Positions 1 to 10,652 are shown, numbered from the stretch's first letter. The stretch is 64,000 bases of DNA from Bacteroidia bacterium (GCA_026414975.1 JAOAHZ010000001.1:247547-311546); one strand, 5' to 3'. Made by a program: numbers and translations. The notes: generated from the letters alone by a model not told the origin.

Positions 1-1
1 C

Positions 2-1849
2 CGCTATACCTACGATGGGCCCCGGCTGAGTTACAACTATGCCTCTAAAGACTATCGGTTTTTCCCCCGCATGTGGAGCCCCTCCCACTACTCGGGGCAG
101 GGACCCTTCAGCTACACTAACTATGTACGCAATAAAGGTACCGATCCGCAGAGTCCCTACGACGATAAACCGACAGGCTTAGAGAATCTGCGGTTCTTTT
201 TTCACTACCAGCTGTATCACATGTACATCCGCTATTTCCTGATGAACTTCGTCGGGCGCGAGTCAGAGGTTCAAGACAGCCGATGGGAGAGCGGCTTGGA
301 GTTTAGCCGTCTCAAGCATTTGCCGTCTCACAAGCGCAAGGACCCCTCTAAGGCTCATTACTACGGGCTTCCTCTGCTTTTAGGGATTTTAGGGTTGAGC
401 TGGCATTACCAACGCAATCGCCGACACTTTGGGGCTATCGCTGCGCTCTTCTTTTTTACAGGCATAGCTATCATTCTCTATCTCAATCAGCCTCCTAATC
501 AGCCTCGCGAGCGGGACTATTCGTATGTAGGCTCGTTTATCGTCTTTGCGATATGGGTCGGCATGGGGGTCGCTGCCTTAGCGGAGACCGCCCAGCGATA
601 CCTCAAGCGCAATCTGGATATGCCTGTAGGAGTTTTGTGCTTAGGGGTGCCAGTCCTCATGGCCGCTCAAAACTGGCGCTCCCATTCTCGCGCAGGGAAC
701 TACGTGCCACCTGACAGCGCCTATAATTTCCTCATTTCCTGCCCACCTAACGCCATTCTCTTCACAAACGGTGATAACGATACTTTCCCCCTCTGGTATC
801 TTCAGGAGGTGGAAGGCGTGCGCACCGATGTGCGTATCGTCAACCTAAGCCTCCTCAACACCGACTGGTATATTTCTCAGCTCAAGTATCAAACGACCAA
901 TGGTGCTCCACCGCTACCGATTTCCATCCGAGATGAGATATTTATGGGAGATAAAGCAGCAACCATGCCGTTCCGACGGCAAGAGCTGCGTTTGCCCATA
1001 GATAAAGTAGCTTTCCTTCAAAACTACCCCGAGGGGGCCCGATTCACCGCCGATACACTTGCAGACACCCTCGTGTGGATAGTCCCTACACGAGGTAGCG
1101 AAAATCAAAGCTATCTCCTCAAGCAGGATTACATGACAATGGACATTATCCTGACCAACCTAAAACAAGGCTGGAAGCGCCCTATTTGCTTTGCGAATAC
1201 CTTGCCCAGCTTTAGTTACATGGGACTACAAGACTACTTGTATGTACGGGGGCAAATCTATGAGCTTCTACCCCTCAAACCTCAGGGTAGCTCGCGTCCT
1301 AACATCTATAACGCCCCCATTCAGGATAGCCTCACGCATGCGCTTCTTACCCAAGTTTATAGGTATCGCAACTTAGATCGGCCAGATATTTTTTACGACA
1401 CCAATACGCTCCGCATGATAGCTAACTACCGATCTGTGTTTTATCGGTTGGCTGATCACTACATTCAAAAAGCCGATACCATGAAAGACTCTACAAAAGC
1501 ATCCGCTCTTAAGGAGAAGGGGCGTGAGCTACTGAGGTATTTACGAGGCCGGATTTCAAAGGAGAGCTGCCCGATGGAACCCTATCAAATCGCCCAGGAG
1601 GCCGGACTATGGTTGGCATTAGGGGACACCGCCGAAGCTAAAGTTTTATATGCAGCCTCTCTTCAAATGCTTAAGGAGGAGGTGGCTTATGCCAAATATG
1701 AGAAAGCTCCTTTGGATGACATGATGACCTACGGCATAGATATGACGGCCAGAGGATTGGTGGCATTAGGGGATACGCTTTTATCGGCCGAAGCGATGCG
1801 GCTATATGAGGAGAGCCGTACTGTTTCTGGGGCTCGCTCTGGGTTTTAG
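2..1849 (+). CDS. DUF2723-family polytopic membrane protein with a C-terminal TPR-like region. The 5' end is truncated by the window edge, since the frame is open back to nt 2.
   Basis: No stop codon occurs between nt 2 and the first ATG at 71 in this frame. Multiple TM segments are present (GLPLLLGILGLSWHY, FFFTGIAIILYLNQ, FIVFAIWVGMGVAAL), followed by a helical C-terminal region typical of Bacteroidota DUF2723 proteins. Confidence 0.55.
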   Translation, partial: RYTYDGPRLSYNYASKDYRFFPRMWSPSHYSGQGPFSYTNYVRNKGTDPQSPYDDKPTGLENLRFFFHYQLYHMYIRYFLMNFVGRESEVQDSRWESGLEFSRLKHLPSHKRKDPSKAHYYGLPLLLGILGLSWHYQRNRRHFGAIAALFFFTGIAIILYLNQPPNQPRERDYSYVGSFIVFAIWVGMGVAALAETAQRYLKRNLDMPVGVLCLGVPVLMAAQNWRSHSRAGNYVPPDSAYNFLISCPPNAILFTNGDNDTFPLWYLQEVEGVRTDVRIVNLSLLNTDWYISQLKYQTTNGAPPLPISIRDEIFMGDKAATMPFRRQELRLPIDKVAFLQNYPEGARFTADTLADTLVWIVPTRGSENQSYLLKQDYMTMDIILTNLKQGWKRPICFANTLPSFSYMGLQDYLYVRGQIYELLPLKPQGSSRPNIYNAPIQDSLTHALLTQVYRYRNLDRPDIFYDTNTLRMIANYRSVFYRLADHYIQKADTMKDSTKASALKEKGRELLRYLRGRISKESCPMEPYQIAQEAGLWLALGDTAEAKVLYAASLQMLKEEVAYAKYEKAPLDDMMTYGIDMTARGLVALGDTLLSAEAMRLYEESRTVSGARSGF

Positions 1850-2741
1850 CTGGTCTCAGCCCGTCTGGATAGAAAGGCAGAACGAGCAAGTTAGTCCTCC
1901 CCTAAGGGCACAGGCTTATCGTATAGGCTTAGATGAATGGGTTCTTTTTTTGAAAGTGGAGCTTGAAGCGTGGCTTCCCTACGCCTTTGACACGGTTATT
2001 CCTACTAAGCTCCAGGTTTATACAGAAGAGGGCTTAGCGGCAGAAACCCTAATAACGCTGCCTACTGTACCGCAATGGAAGGGCTCAGTAAAGGGGCGCT
2101 TTCCTCCAAGTTTAGGGGGGGAGATGACGGCTTTGTATCTGTCTTTTCCCGATGCGCCCCAGGGGACTTTCCACACCCGAGTCTATTGGCGCTCGGGTTG
2201 CACACCCATTTGGGTGGAGTCTGAGACCTCCATTCTAAAACCGCCTATCTACCTGCGCAACATAAAGGGGGAGGTCTGGCAAGCCTCGCCTGGGGATAGC
2301 TTATGGCATGTCGCTTTTGAAGCGGCTAAAGTGGATACTACTGTGCCCCTCCCCCCCTATGTGCTGCGAACTTCTAAGCGACCTTACCCTCCAGCGCACA
2401 TGGACTGTGCATGGTATTTGAGGGGCGATACGAGCTCGCCTTTTTGGACTTGTGAAGGGGAGCCCTTTCGGTATAAGCTACCTAAGCCTTCACGCACTAC
2501 GCCCTCTCTTTCGGACTGGCGGGCTGCCTACAGGCTTTTTTCAGATAAAAAGGTGGGGGAACGGACGGATCGCGGACTGGTGTATCTCTTTTATGGCCCG
2601 CCACCGCTGCGCCTACATACCCCAGCACGAGAAGTGTGGGTTTATCCGCAAGAACAGGTGAGTTATCACTTTGTGTGGGAAAAGGGAAGTTGGCGGCTCA
2701 TTCGCCGTTTGGAGTATCAATCGGTATGGAAGCGCCGATAG
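1806..2741 (+). CDS. GWxTD domain-containing secreted protein.
   Basis: N-terminal signal peptide MRRAVLFLGLALGFSWSQ. The C-terminal region (RGLVYLFYGPP ... EVWVY) is GWxTD-like. It overlaps the upstream gene by 44 nt. Confidence 0.5.
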   Translation: MRRAVLFLGLALGFSWSQPVWIERQNEQVSPPLRAQAYRIGLDEWVLFLKVELEAWLPYAFDTVIPTKLQVYTEEGLAAETLITLPTVPQWKGSVKGRFPPSLGGEMTALYLSFPDAPQGTFHTRVYWRSGCTPIWVESETSILKPPIYLRNIKGEVWQASPGDSLWHVAFEAAKVDTTVPLPPYVLRTSKRPYPPAHMDCAWYLRGDTSSPFWTCEGEPFRYKLPKPSRTTPSLSDWRAAYRLFSDKKVGERTDRGLVYLFYGPPPLRLHTPAREVWVYPQEQVSYHFVWEKGSWRLIRRLEYQSVWKRR

Positions 2742-3439
2742 TTACGGATTTACGTGCGCTGCGTCGGGCCTTAGAGAATGGTGTATCGGCTGAGCGAATC
2801 GTTTGGAGGCAAGGAACCGCTCCGCCTCCTGCTCTTTGGCAGCTTATCAAGCGGTACAGCATTCCATTCCAGCAAGTTCCGCCCTCTGCTTTACCCGTAA
2901 GGAAGGCTAAGTGGGCCGCTTACCTTAGCCCATTACCGCTGGCATCTATGCAGGCATGGCTAGGGGTAGCCCCTCAAGGCATCGCGGTAGCTGCCTTAGG
3001 TATCACCGATGTAAGGAATGTCGGAGCCCTTCTGCGCAGCGCAGCGGCGTTCGGCGTGAAATGGGTCCTCCTTAAAAGCGAGGGTAGTCCTCTTCTTTCC
3101 TCCGAGGGAATCTGGCGCAGCAGCGCTGGAGCACTCGCTCACCTCAATATCGTGCGAGAGCCTCGCGCTCTCCACGCCCTTCAATCCTTGAGAAGTAGAG
3201 GGTGGCGCTTAGTAGCCACAGTGCCGCCTTCCTATGAAGCTACTCCCTATACCGAATACAACTGGCATGAGCCGTCTATTCTCCTCTTTGGTGATGAGGA
3301 AAAGGGTCTGCCCGAAATCTATCTCCAGTTGTGTGATGTCCGCTTAACCATTCCGCACCTTCCGATTGTAGAGTCCTTGAATGTAAGCGTAGCCGCTGGT
3401 ATTCTCCTTGCTACCGCATACGCTCGCAGCTTGCCCTAA
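2726..3439 (+). CDS. TrmH/SpoU-family RNA 2'-O-methyltransferase (RlmB-like).
   Basis: SpoU MTase motifs are present: GITDVRNVGALLRSAAAFG, ILLFGDEEKGLPE, and SLNVSVAAGILL (trefoil knot region). The start is set at the internal ATG 2726 (MEAPIV), which overlaps the upstream stop by 16 nt. The 2636 start given in the ORF track would overlap by more than 100 nt. Confidence 0.7.
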   Translation: MEAPIVTDLRALRRALENGVSAERIVWRQGTAPPPALWQLIKRYSIPFQQVPPSALPVRKAKWAAYLSPLPLASMQAWLGVAPQGIAVAALGITDVRNVGALLRSAAAFGVKWVLLKSEGSPLLSSEGIWRSSAGALAHLNIVREPRALHALQSLRSRGWRLVATVPPSYEATPYTEYNWHEPSILLFGDEEKGLPEIYLQLCDVRLTIPHLPIVESLNVSVAAGILLATAYARSLP

Positions 3440-3666
3440 GCCCATTCTTTATAAACGAGATAAGTGCGCGGGGTAGAAGGGCGATAGGCAGGGTTGAAAA
3501 GGTTTATCCTGAAAGAAGGCTTGGATGAAAAGCGTACGCTATGAGCTCAGGACCCGCTCTCAGAAGGAAAACTCCCTTTGAATCTAAGGCCTGACTCTCC
3601 GAGATGATTGAGCAGACGGTGGAAACTCTGTCGTGAGGCAGGGCGATTTTCTTTACCTTAGAGGAT

Positions 3667-6600
3667 ATGGGAGCGAGCCGCAAACTGCGTTTATGGGGCA
3701 TTTTCTTCTTGATGGGGTTGGGGGGTATGACTTTAGGATGGCAAGTCTGGCAGGCTCGCAGGGCGGCTAAGCATGAGGCTTATTTATCTGCTTTTCGGGA
3801 GGCTGAGTTCATACTTCTGAAGTTGGAGGTTGCTTTGTGGCAGCAGGAGAGTCGGATGCGGTCTGTCTTATACGAGAAGGTCTCAAGAACAACTTTACCT
3901 CCTACGCTTCTGCGTCAGCCGGAGCTTCGGGGTACGCTCCGAGCGTTAGAGGCGGCTCTTCGGCGCTTACCTATCCCTCCGGACCCGCTTTTGCGCAGTT
4001 TAGTGGAACAGGCTCTTCTTTTAGAGCAGCGACATGCGGGGTGGCGTCGTGCCATAGAGCAGAGCGATCGCAAGGATCAGTATTGGCCCGCTGTAGAACA
4101 GTATTACGCCGAGGGCCCAAGCCTCCTCGCAGCGGTAGAGGCAGAGGTTCGGCGCATGCGAGAAGTCCTCTCTAAACAGAGAAATGCCTTAGTTACCGCC
4201 TATAAAGAAAGCGAAGAAGCAACCGCCCTCATAGGGCGTCTGATGATTGGAGGACTGATTGCAGGGGGGACCTTGATTTTACTGTTAGTAGGTCGGGGTG
4301 AGGAGCAACATCTTCGTAGTGTAGCCGAGGCGATGGCTCGCATGGAAAAAGCCCCTCCGCTATCTGGTTCATGGCTACCTTTGATTCAGTCCTACAATCA
4401 ACTCCTACAACGGTGGAACTTACTCAATGCCGCTATAGAAAGCCTTTCTGAGCAGAAACCCCTAGCTTGGGAGGAGCTCAAGACCTCTGTAGGTCCCGTC
4501 GTAACCGACTTAGAGGGTCTGGCACAGCGCCTCTCTCAGCAGGAGAATGCCCTGCGCAAACTCACCGAGGATAAACGAGCCCTCATGGAGGAGCTGCAAG
4601 CCACCCAGGATGCCTTCACCTCAGAAGTAGAACTCTTAAGGTTGGAACTCGGGGCCCTCTATAACCTCTTTCCGCTCGCAGAGACAGACGAGGAAGGGCG
4701 ATTTGTCAAGCAGAATGATCTTTTCATCCAAACCTTAGGGCAAGTTCAAAGCCTTTCAGCGTTATCTGCTGAGTTAGTGGCTTTGGTTAAAGCCAAAACC
4801 CCTGTTCAGGGAGTTTTTCAGTACAAAAATCGCTCCTACTTGTACGCCTTTCTCCCCTATAGACAAGGCAAAACTGAAAAGGCGCTGCTGGCTTTGGCAG
4901 ATGCGACGCAAGTGCAGGAGCAGGTCCGTACGGCCGAGACGGCTCTCCGCTCGGTCCAGAAGCGTCTGCAGGAGACTGAGGAGACCCTTAGTCGCCTTCA
5001 CCAGCAATACGCTGCCCTCCAAGCCGAATACACCCATGAAGTAGAACGCCTCTTGAGACAGCGACAGAGCCTCCAGACCCTCCTAAAGCTCCCGGCTCTA
5101 CAGAAAGGAGAAGTTATACAGGGTCTTGCGGCGATAGCTGAGGTGGCTGCCACTTTAGAACCGGAGGCTCGCTACAGCTTCTGGGTATTCGGAGAGGAGG
5201 GGGAAGGGCTTCACTGCTTAGAAGCCTATGACCCCACGCTTTTGAGTCATTCTAACACCTTAGACTTGCCGCCTGACGTAGCAGACTGGGTGCGCCTTCA
5301 AGTAGGCACTTCTGGTCCTCACCGTCCAGATATACCAGCTTTGCAGACTTACCTCAGCCAAAGAAAGGTCCATGCTCTATGGATGTTTCCTATTTATCTA
5401 GATGAGGAGCTGGCAGGGGTGTTCTTTGTAGAGCGTATATCCGAAGCCGTCCCTCGCGATACCGAGTACTTCGCCTTATTAGCCCGAGTCGCTTCCCTTC
5501 TCCTCCAGCAAGGGCATCGCAAACTCGTGGAGCAAGAACTTCTCTCTTATTTAGAGCAAGCGCAGGCTCTGGAAGAAGAGCTTCGGCAAAACATAGAGGA
5601 GTTGGAAGCGTCCGCTGAGGAAATGCGTCGTACTCAAGCAGAACTTCGCGGACAAATCACCGCTCTCAATGCTGCCGCTCTTGTGATTGAGCTTAACCCA
5701 GAAGGGCGTATCATATACGTCAACGATGCGGTGTTGAGGCTCTTTGGATATAAGACCGAAGATATCCTTGGGTATCCGTATACTAAGCTTCGACGACCCG
5801 AAGAGGCCCCCTTAGTAGAAAAGCTGTTGGCCCAGCTTAAGACAGGCAAGTCATGGCAGGAGGTGGTGTCTTATGTAACCCCTCTCGGTGAGGAGGTATG
5901 GATTCAACAGACTATCACGCCTGTTCAGCAGTTGGATGGAGAAATCTACAAGTTTATCCTGGTTGGCTTTGACATCACCTTACAGAAGCAGCAAGAGATG
6001 GAAATACAAAATGCACTCATGCTGGCGCGGCAGCAAGAGCTGCTCCTGCGGGAAAATACAGAAGAACTTCGTCGCAGCAATGAAAACTATCGCTCCTCGC
6101 AGCTTCAACTTTCCGCTCAGTTGGAAGCTCTTAAGAATGCCGCATGGCTCTTTGAAACCGATGGAGAGGGCCATCTTAGCTACGTAAGCGAAAATTTAGC
6201 TGAGTCGCTTGGGTATCCCGTAGAAAAGCTGATTGGAATGCATTATGGAAAGCTCTTTTCCGAGCGCCAGCCTCTCGTTATTCTCCAAGGGCACTGGCGC
6301 AGTATCCAAAATGGTCAAACATGGAAATCCGAGGTAGAGTTAGAGGGAGCTTTCGGACATACCTATTGGGCTATCATGTCCAGCACCCCTGTAATAGATC
6401 GTACTTCAGCTGGACACCGAACCTTGATCAAGTCCATCAATGTGCTCTTTGACATTACCGAGCAGAAACAGCAGGAGTTCCGACTTAAGGAGCAGCAAAA
6501 TGCGCTCTCCCGCTTAGCAGCCCACCCTGCTCTTCGGGAAGGCGATATTCCACGAGCTTTCCAAGTTATAGCTGAAGTGGCTTTGGAAACCTTCAAGGCT

Positions 6601-7851
6601 TATCGGGTCAGTCTATGGCTCTACGAAGAAAATGACTTGGCTCGCTGTGTAGCCGTAGCCGAAAAAGAGCCTCACTCCCATTCGGTCGGTACAGTCGTAA
6701 ATCGCTCGCTATATCCCATGTACTTTCAAAGCTTAGAGCGAGAGCAGGTGATCGCTGTAGTGGATGCTCTCTCAGACTTGAGGACGCGAGAGCTGGCTCT
6801 GCCTCTCTTCAAACCTAATAATGTGGCCAGCGTTTTAGATGGGGTGATCCGTACGGGGAAGGATGTGGTCGGGCTTATTAGCGTAGAGCATCGGCACACT
6901 AAACGAGAATGGCAAGTGGATGAGGTCAACTTTCTCAGAACCTTGGCAGCCTCAGCCGCTTCTGTCATAGAGGAGGAGCAAAAAGCCTACGCTCGCCGGC
7001 TTAGTGAGATGAATCGGCAGTTGGAGATTCAGAAGCGCGAGCTGGAGGAGGCGATGAATGACATTCGAGAGAGCATCAAATACGCTAAGCGAATGCAGAA
7101 GAACATTCTGCCTTCGGATGCTCTGCTGGACCGATACCTTGGCAAGGAAAACTACTTTATCATTTGGCGTCCTCGAGACAGGAATGGAGTGGGCGGCGAC
7201 TTTTATTGGTTTAGCGATGCCCCCGGCGATTCGTACATTATTGTGGTGGCGGATGGGACGGGTCATGGCGTCCCGGGTGCCTTCATGACCCTAATCGGCA
7301 GTATTCTCTTAGACCAAATTATCAATAAGAGCCGCATTTTCGTTCCCGACCAGATTCTGCATGACCTTCACATTGGCGTCCGTCAAGTGCTTCGACAAGA
7401 TGTAGAAGGAGAGGAAGTTGCCTCTCGAGACGGAATGGATATCGCTCTGGTGCGCTACTTTCCAAAAGAATATCGCCTCCTCTACGCAGGGGGCAATCTC
7501 CCCCTCTATTTTGTCCATAATGGGGAGCTCAAAGAGATCAAGCCTGATAAGAAAGCCATAGGAGGAGAGCAGCTTGAAGAAGAGCGATTCTTTACCACGC
7601 ATGAAGTGCAGCTTACTCCGGGCGATGTCTTTTTCCTCTTTACGGATGGGGTCGTTGACCAGTTAGGCGGCCCCGACGAAAAGCGCTTCGGTACGCGTCA
7701 GCTAAAAGACTTTATCATGGAGACGATCCACGAGCCTGTGATGTCTCGTCGGAGAGCTTTATTCAATATGCGCTGGAAGGAATGGAAAGACTACGGAAAA
7801 GATCGGGAACAACTAGATGATGTTACGATGTGGGGCATCCGAATCTGGTGA
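3667..7851 (+). CDS. Large multidomain signalling protein: N-terminal TM helix, long coiled-coil region, PAS and GAF modules, and a C-terminal PP2C/SpoIIE-type Ser/Thr phosphatase.
   Basis: TM helix LWGIFFLMGLGGMTLGW. Heptad-rich region spanning aa 40-700. PAS-like segments LVIELNPEGRIIYVNDAVLRLFGY and WLFETDGEGHLSYVSENLAESLGY. GAF-like segment VSLWLYEENDLARCVAV ... GLISVEH. PPM phosphatase motifs GGDFYWF and IIVVADGTGHGVPGAFM ... LFTDGVVDQ. Confidence 0.8.
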   Translation: MGASRKLRLWGIFFLMGLGGMTLGWQVWQARRAAKHEAYLSAFREAEFILLKLEVALWQQESRMRSVLYEKVSRTTLPPTLLRQPELRGTLRALEAALRRLPIPPDPLLRSLVEQALLLEQRHAGWRRAIEQSDRKDQYWPAVEQYYAEGPSLLAAVEAEVRRMREVLSKQRNALVTAYKESEEATALIGRLMIGGLIAGGTLILLLVGRGEEQHLRSVAEAMARMEKAPPLSGSWLPLIQSYNQLLQRWNLLNAAIESLSEQKPLAWEELKTSVGPVVTDLEGLAQRLSQQENALRKLTEDKRALMEELQATQDAFTSEVELLRLELGALYNLFPLAETDEEGRFVKQNDLFIQTLGQVQSLSALSAELVALVKAKTPVQGVFQYKNRSYLYAFLPYRQGKTEKALLALADATQVQEQVRTAETALRSVQKRLQETEETLSRLHQQYAALQAEYTHEVERLLRQRQSLQTLLKLPALQKGEVIQGLAAIAEVAATLEPEARYSFWVFGEEGEGLHCLEAYDPTLLSHSNTLDLPPDVADWVRLQVGTSGPHRPDIPALQTYLSQRKVHALWMFPIYLDEELAGVFFVERISEAVPRDTEYFALLARVASLLLQQGHRKLVEQELLSYLEQAQALEEELRQNIEELEASAEEMRRTQAELRGQITALNAAALVIELNPEGRIIYVNDAVLRLFGYKTEDILGYPYTKLRRPEEAPLVEKLLAQLKTGKSWQEVVSYVTPLGEEVWIQQTITPVQQLDGEIYKFILVGFDITLQKQQEMEIQNALMLARQQELLLRENTEELRRSNENYRSSQLQLSAQLEALKNAAWLFETDGEGHLSYVSENLAESLGYPVEKLIGMHYGKLFSERQPLVILQGHWRSIQNGQTWKSEVELEGAFGHTYWAIMSSTPVIDRTSAGHRTLIKSINVLFDITEQKQQEFRLKEQQNALSRLAAHPALREGDIPRAFQVIAEVALETFKAYRVSLWLYEENDLARCVAVAEKEPHSHSVGTVVNRSLYPMYFQSLEREQVIAVVDALSDLRTRELALPLFKPNNVASVLDGVIRTGKDVVGLISVEHRHTKREWQVDEVNFLRTLAASAASVIEEEQKAYARRLSEMNRQLEIQKRELEEAMNDIRESIKYAKRMQKNILPSDALLDRYLGKENYFIIWRPRDRNGVGGDFYWFSDAPGDSYIIVVADGTGHGVPGAFMTLIGSILLDQIINKSRIFVPDQILHDLHIGVRQVLRQDVEGEEVASRDGMDIALVRYFPKEYRLLYAGGNLPLYFVHNGELKEIKPDKKAIGGEQLEEERFFTTHEVQLTPGDVFFLFTDGVVDQLGGPDEKRFGTRQLKDFIMETIHEPVMSRRRALFNMRWKEWKDYGKDREQLDDVTMWGIRIW

Positions 7852-7898
7852 AAGCGCTTCTTAATCTGCGCTTCATATAGGTAGGGCTATTTTGCTTC

Positions 7899-10652
7899 AT
7901 GTGGAAGTTGCGGGTGGGCCTCGTGATAGCTATTCTCTGGGCCCAAACGACTCCCCGCCGATATCGGATTTTGGTGCGAGATGCCCAGACGCAGGAGGCA
8001 TTAGCGGGGGCAACCGTGGTGCCTCAAAAAGCGGGCTTATCTGGTGCCTTAACAGACTCCTTAGGTGTAGCCACTCTTTCCCTCCCTGTCTCTGCTGAAA
8101 CCCTGTGGATAGAAGTACGATACATGGGGTATGAGCCAGGCCGCGTGCCGATTACATCTCGCACGGGACTCTTGGTAGATATTGTCCTCTACCCAGAGGG
8201 GGTGCAACAGGAAGCAGTGGTGATTGCTGGCATTCAAGAAACTCGTACTGAAGTAGCCCTTCTCTCAACCCTGCAGCAGATACCTCAAATTGCTACAGGC
8301 CTCTCGGCTCAGACGATTCAGCAAACCCCCGATCGGACGGCCGCGGCTGTTCTGAGTCGCATTACAGGGGTTTCCTTAAACGATGGACGGTTTTTAGTGG
8401 TTCGTGGCATGAATGAGCGCTACAATCCAATTCTATTCAATCGGCTTCCTGCTCTCAGCACTGAACCCGATAGCCGAGCTTTTGATCTGGAGCTTTTTCC
8501 AGTCGGTATCATAGACCAAGTCCGAGTTTATAAGACCCCTGCGGCTTATCAGACTGGAGAGTTCGGAGGGGGGCTGGTAGAAATCCTCACGCGGCGTAGC
8601 ACCGATAAACCCTCTATACATTGGCAGCTACGAACAGCCTACTTGCATGGTACTACATTTCGGCCAGGGCTTTACAACATAACCAGCCCCTCTGATCTGT
8701 GGGGAGGAGGTGTAACTGCCCGAGCCCTACCCAACGGCTTTCCTCAAGACCTCAATACTCTTTCTGCTATGGAGGCTCAGGCTTGGATGCAGCGCCTCCC
8801 CGAAAACTTTCAGTTGCGCTCTGTCAGAACCCTTCCACCCGCAGCCCAGTTATCTATTAGCTATGGGGCTCCTTTGTCTCAAAAGCTATGGTTTGTGGCC
8901 GGGGGGGCCTACAGCCGCAGTTATCAGACTATGCGTATAGAACGAAATCGGTATGAGGTGCTAGTTCTGCGGCCTGGAGCCAACGCCAAGCTCTTTAGCT
9001 ACGAGGATTACCAGACCACCCAGATGACCCGCTCTTTTGGTTTTCTGAATGTGCTCTGGATGCCCACGGCGGCGCATCAAATGGAGCTGAATGCGTTTTT
9101 AGCTCGGCTTGCGGAGGATGAGACGATTATTCGGGAGGGCTTCTCCTTTTATCAGCGTGGTAGCGATGTGCCCTTCCGAAACTACAGTATGCAATACTTA
9201 GCCCGAACCTTAGCTTCTCTCCAGCTTGGAGGGATGCATCGTTTCGCTGAGCGAAGTGCCCTACGATGGGACTGGGGCGGTAATCTCACCCTGCGTGAAG
9301 AGCCGGATTATCGTAGAGTACGCACCGTACGAGATGCAGGGGATACCATTTACCGCATCATCCTCCCACCTGGGCCGACGACTTTTGATGCAGCTCGCTT
9401 TTATAGCCAGCTAAGGCAGTATGGAACCTGTGCTCAGCTCTCCTTTCTGACCGAGGTAGCGGGTTGGAAGCTCGTTTCAGGCCTTCAGGGAGAGCTTAGT
9501 AGCCGCAAGTTTTGGGCTCGCTGGTTCTCTTATACGGTGCCTCCTACGACTTCGCCCACTTTTATTCAGTATTGGACGGCCCTCCCTATACAGGAGGCTT
9601 TCAGGGGGGAAAATTTACGAATGCTGCGTTTGCGAGAGGGGACGAATCCCACTGACCGCTACGAAGCCCTTCAGTATGTGGGAGCGGCTTACCTCTCAGG
9701 GGAGAAACGCTTGGGTCGCTTCTCCTTTCATATCGGCTCAAGGTACGAATACAGTGAGCAGCGCCTCCGCTCCGCTACGGCGACCGCTCCTGTCCGAGTG
9801 AATACCCCTTTCCCGCTTCTCATGCCTTTCGGTAATCTGTCTTATGCCCTAAAAGACAATCAGAAACTGCGTTTGGCTTACAGCCGTAGTCTCAACCGAC
9901 CTGCTTTGCGAGAGCTGGCACCTTTCCTGTATTACAACTTTGCCTTGGAAGTACAGCAGGCAGGTAGCCCCGACTTGCGTCCCGCTTCTCTTCATAACAT
10001 AGACCTGCGATACGAATGGACTCCTTCGTTAGACCAGCTCGTGGCCGTGGGGGCCTTTTACAAGCATGTAAAGAATCCCGTAGAGACTTACATCATTCGG
10101 GGAGCCGACCAACCTACGGTGGTTTTTAGAAATGCGCCGTATGCTAACCTATTTGGTGTTGAGTTGGAAGCGCGCCTGCGACTCTCCCGTCTGTTTTCTA
10201 TTCTCATGAATGCGGCCTATATCTGGAGCGAAGTAGATATGGGGCCGGCGGTAGGGGGCACCTTGCCAGGCCAGGCCCCTTCGCAAGCTCGCCTGCGTCC
10301 CCTTCAAGGCCAAGCCCCTTACCTCTTCAATGTCGTCTTATTCTATCAATCAGCCGATGGGCGCTGGGAAGCTGCTACCTCGGGCCAACTCATTGGTCCA
10401 AGGCTCTGGTGGGTGGGGGATAACTTCAATCCCAGCATTTTTGAAATGCCGCGCCCTATCTGGGATGCAAGCCTGCGACGCCAGTTGGGTAAATACTTCT
10501 ACATCCAACTCCAAGCCCGAGATATACTCAACACCCCTTTCGTCTATCGGCAAGACAGCGACCTCAGCGGGCGTATCAACCGCCGCGAGGATGTTATTTT
10601 CCGATATGTACGGGGTTCAGAATGGAGCCTAACCTTAGGATGGAAATGGTAG
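7899..10652 (+). CDS. TonB-dependent outer-membrane receptor with an N-terminal carboxypeptidase-regulatory-like domain.
   Basis: Signal peptide ending ILWAQ. CarbopepD_reg-like segment YRILVRDAQTQEALAGATVV. Plug-domain motif GVSLNDGRFLVVRGMNERYN. The C-terminal half is a long beta-barrel. Confidence 0.75.
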   Translation: MWKLRVGLVIAILWAQTTPRRYRILVRDAQTQEALAGATVVPQKAGLSGALTDSLGVATLSLPVSAETLWIEVRYMGYEPGRVPITSRTGLLVDIVLYPEGVQQEAVVIAGIQETRTEVALLSTLQQIPQIATGLSAQTIQQTPDRTAAAVLSRITGVSLNDGRFLVVRGMNERYNPILFNRLPALSTEPDSRAFDLELFPVGIIDQVRVYKTPAAYQTGEFGGGLVEILTRRSTDKPSIHWQLRTAYLHGTTFRPGLYNITSPSDLWGGGVTARALPNGFPQDLNTLSAMEAQAWMQRLPENFQLRSVRTLPPAAQLSISYGAPLSQKLWFVAGGAYSRSYQTMRIERNRYEVLVLRPGANAKLFSYEDYQTTQMTRSFGFLNVLWMPTAAHQMELNAFLARLAEDETIIREGFSFYQRGSDVPFRNYSMQYLARTLASLQLGGMHRFAERSALRWDWGGNLTLREEPDYRRVRTVRDAGDTIYRIILPPGPTTFDAARFYSQLRQYGTCAQLSFLTEVAGWKLVSGLQGELSSRKFWARWFSYTVPPTTSPTFIQYWTALPIQEAFRGENLRMLRLREGTNPTDRYEALQYVGAAYLSGEKRLGRFSFHIGSRYEYSEQRLRSATATAPVRVNTPFPLLMPFGNLSYALKDNQKLRLAYSRSLNRPALRELAPFLYYNFALEVQQAGSPDLRPASLHNIDLRYEWTPSLDQLVAVGAFYKHVKNPVETYIIRGADQPTVVFRNAPYANLFGVELEARLRLSRLFSILMNAAYIWSEVDMGPAVGGTLPGQAPSQARLRPLQGQAPYLFNVVLFYQSADGRWEAATSGQLIGPRLWWVGDNFNPSIFEMPRPIWDASLRRQLGKYFYIQLQARDILNTPFVYRQDSDLSGRINRREDVIFRYVRGSEWSLTLGWKW

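Noticed and set aside
3440-3666. A 227-nt intergenic region upstream of the large signalling gene, considered as a possible riboswitch or sRNA.
   Set aside because: No recognisable riboswitch core motifs (no SAM, TPP, cobalamin or glycine signatures) were seen by eye. Only a promoter-like TACCTTAG box at its 3' end is supportable.
3837-4175. A 112-aa plus-strand ORF in an alternative frame within the large signalling-protein gene.
   Set aside because: Low-complexity Gly/Ser/Ala/Arg translation of an off-frame region; the main frame has clear domain content.
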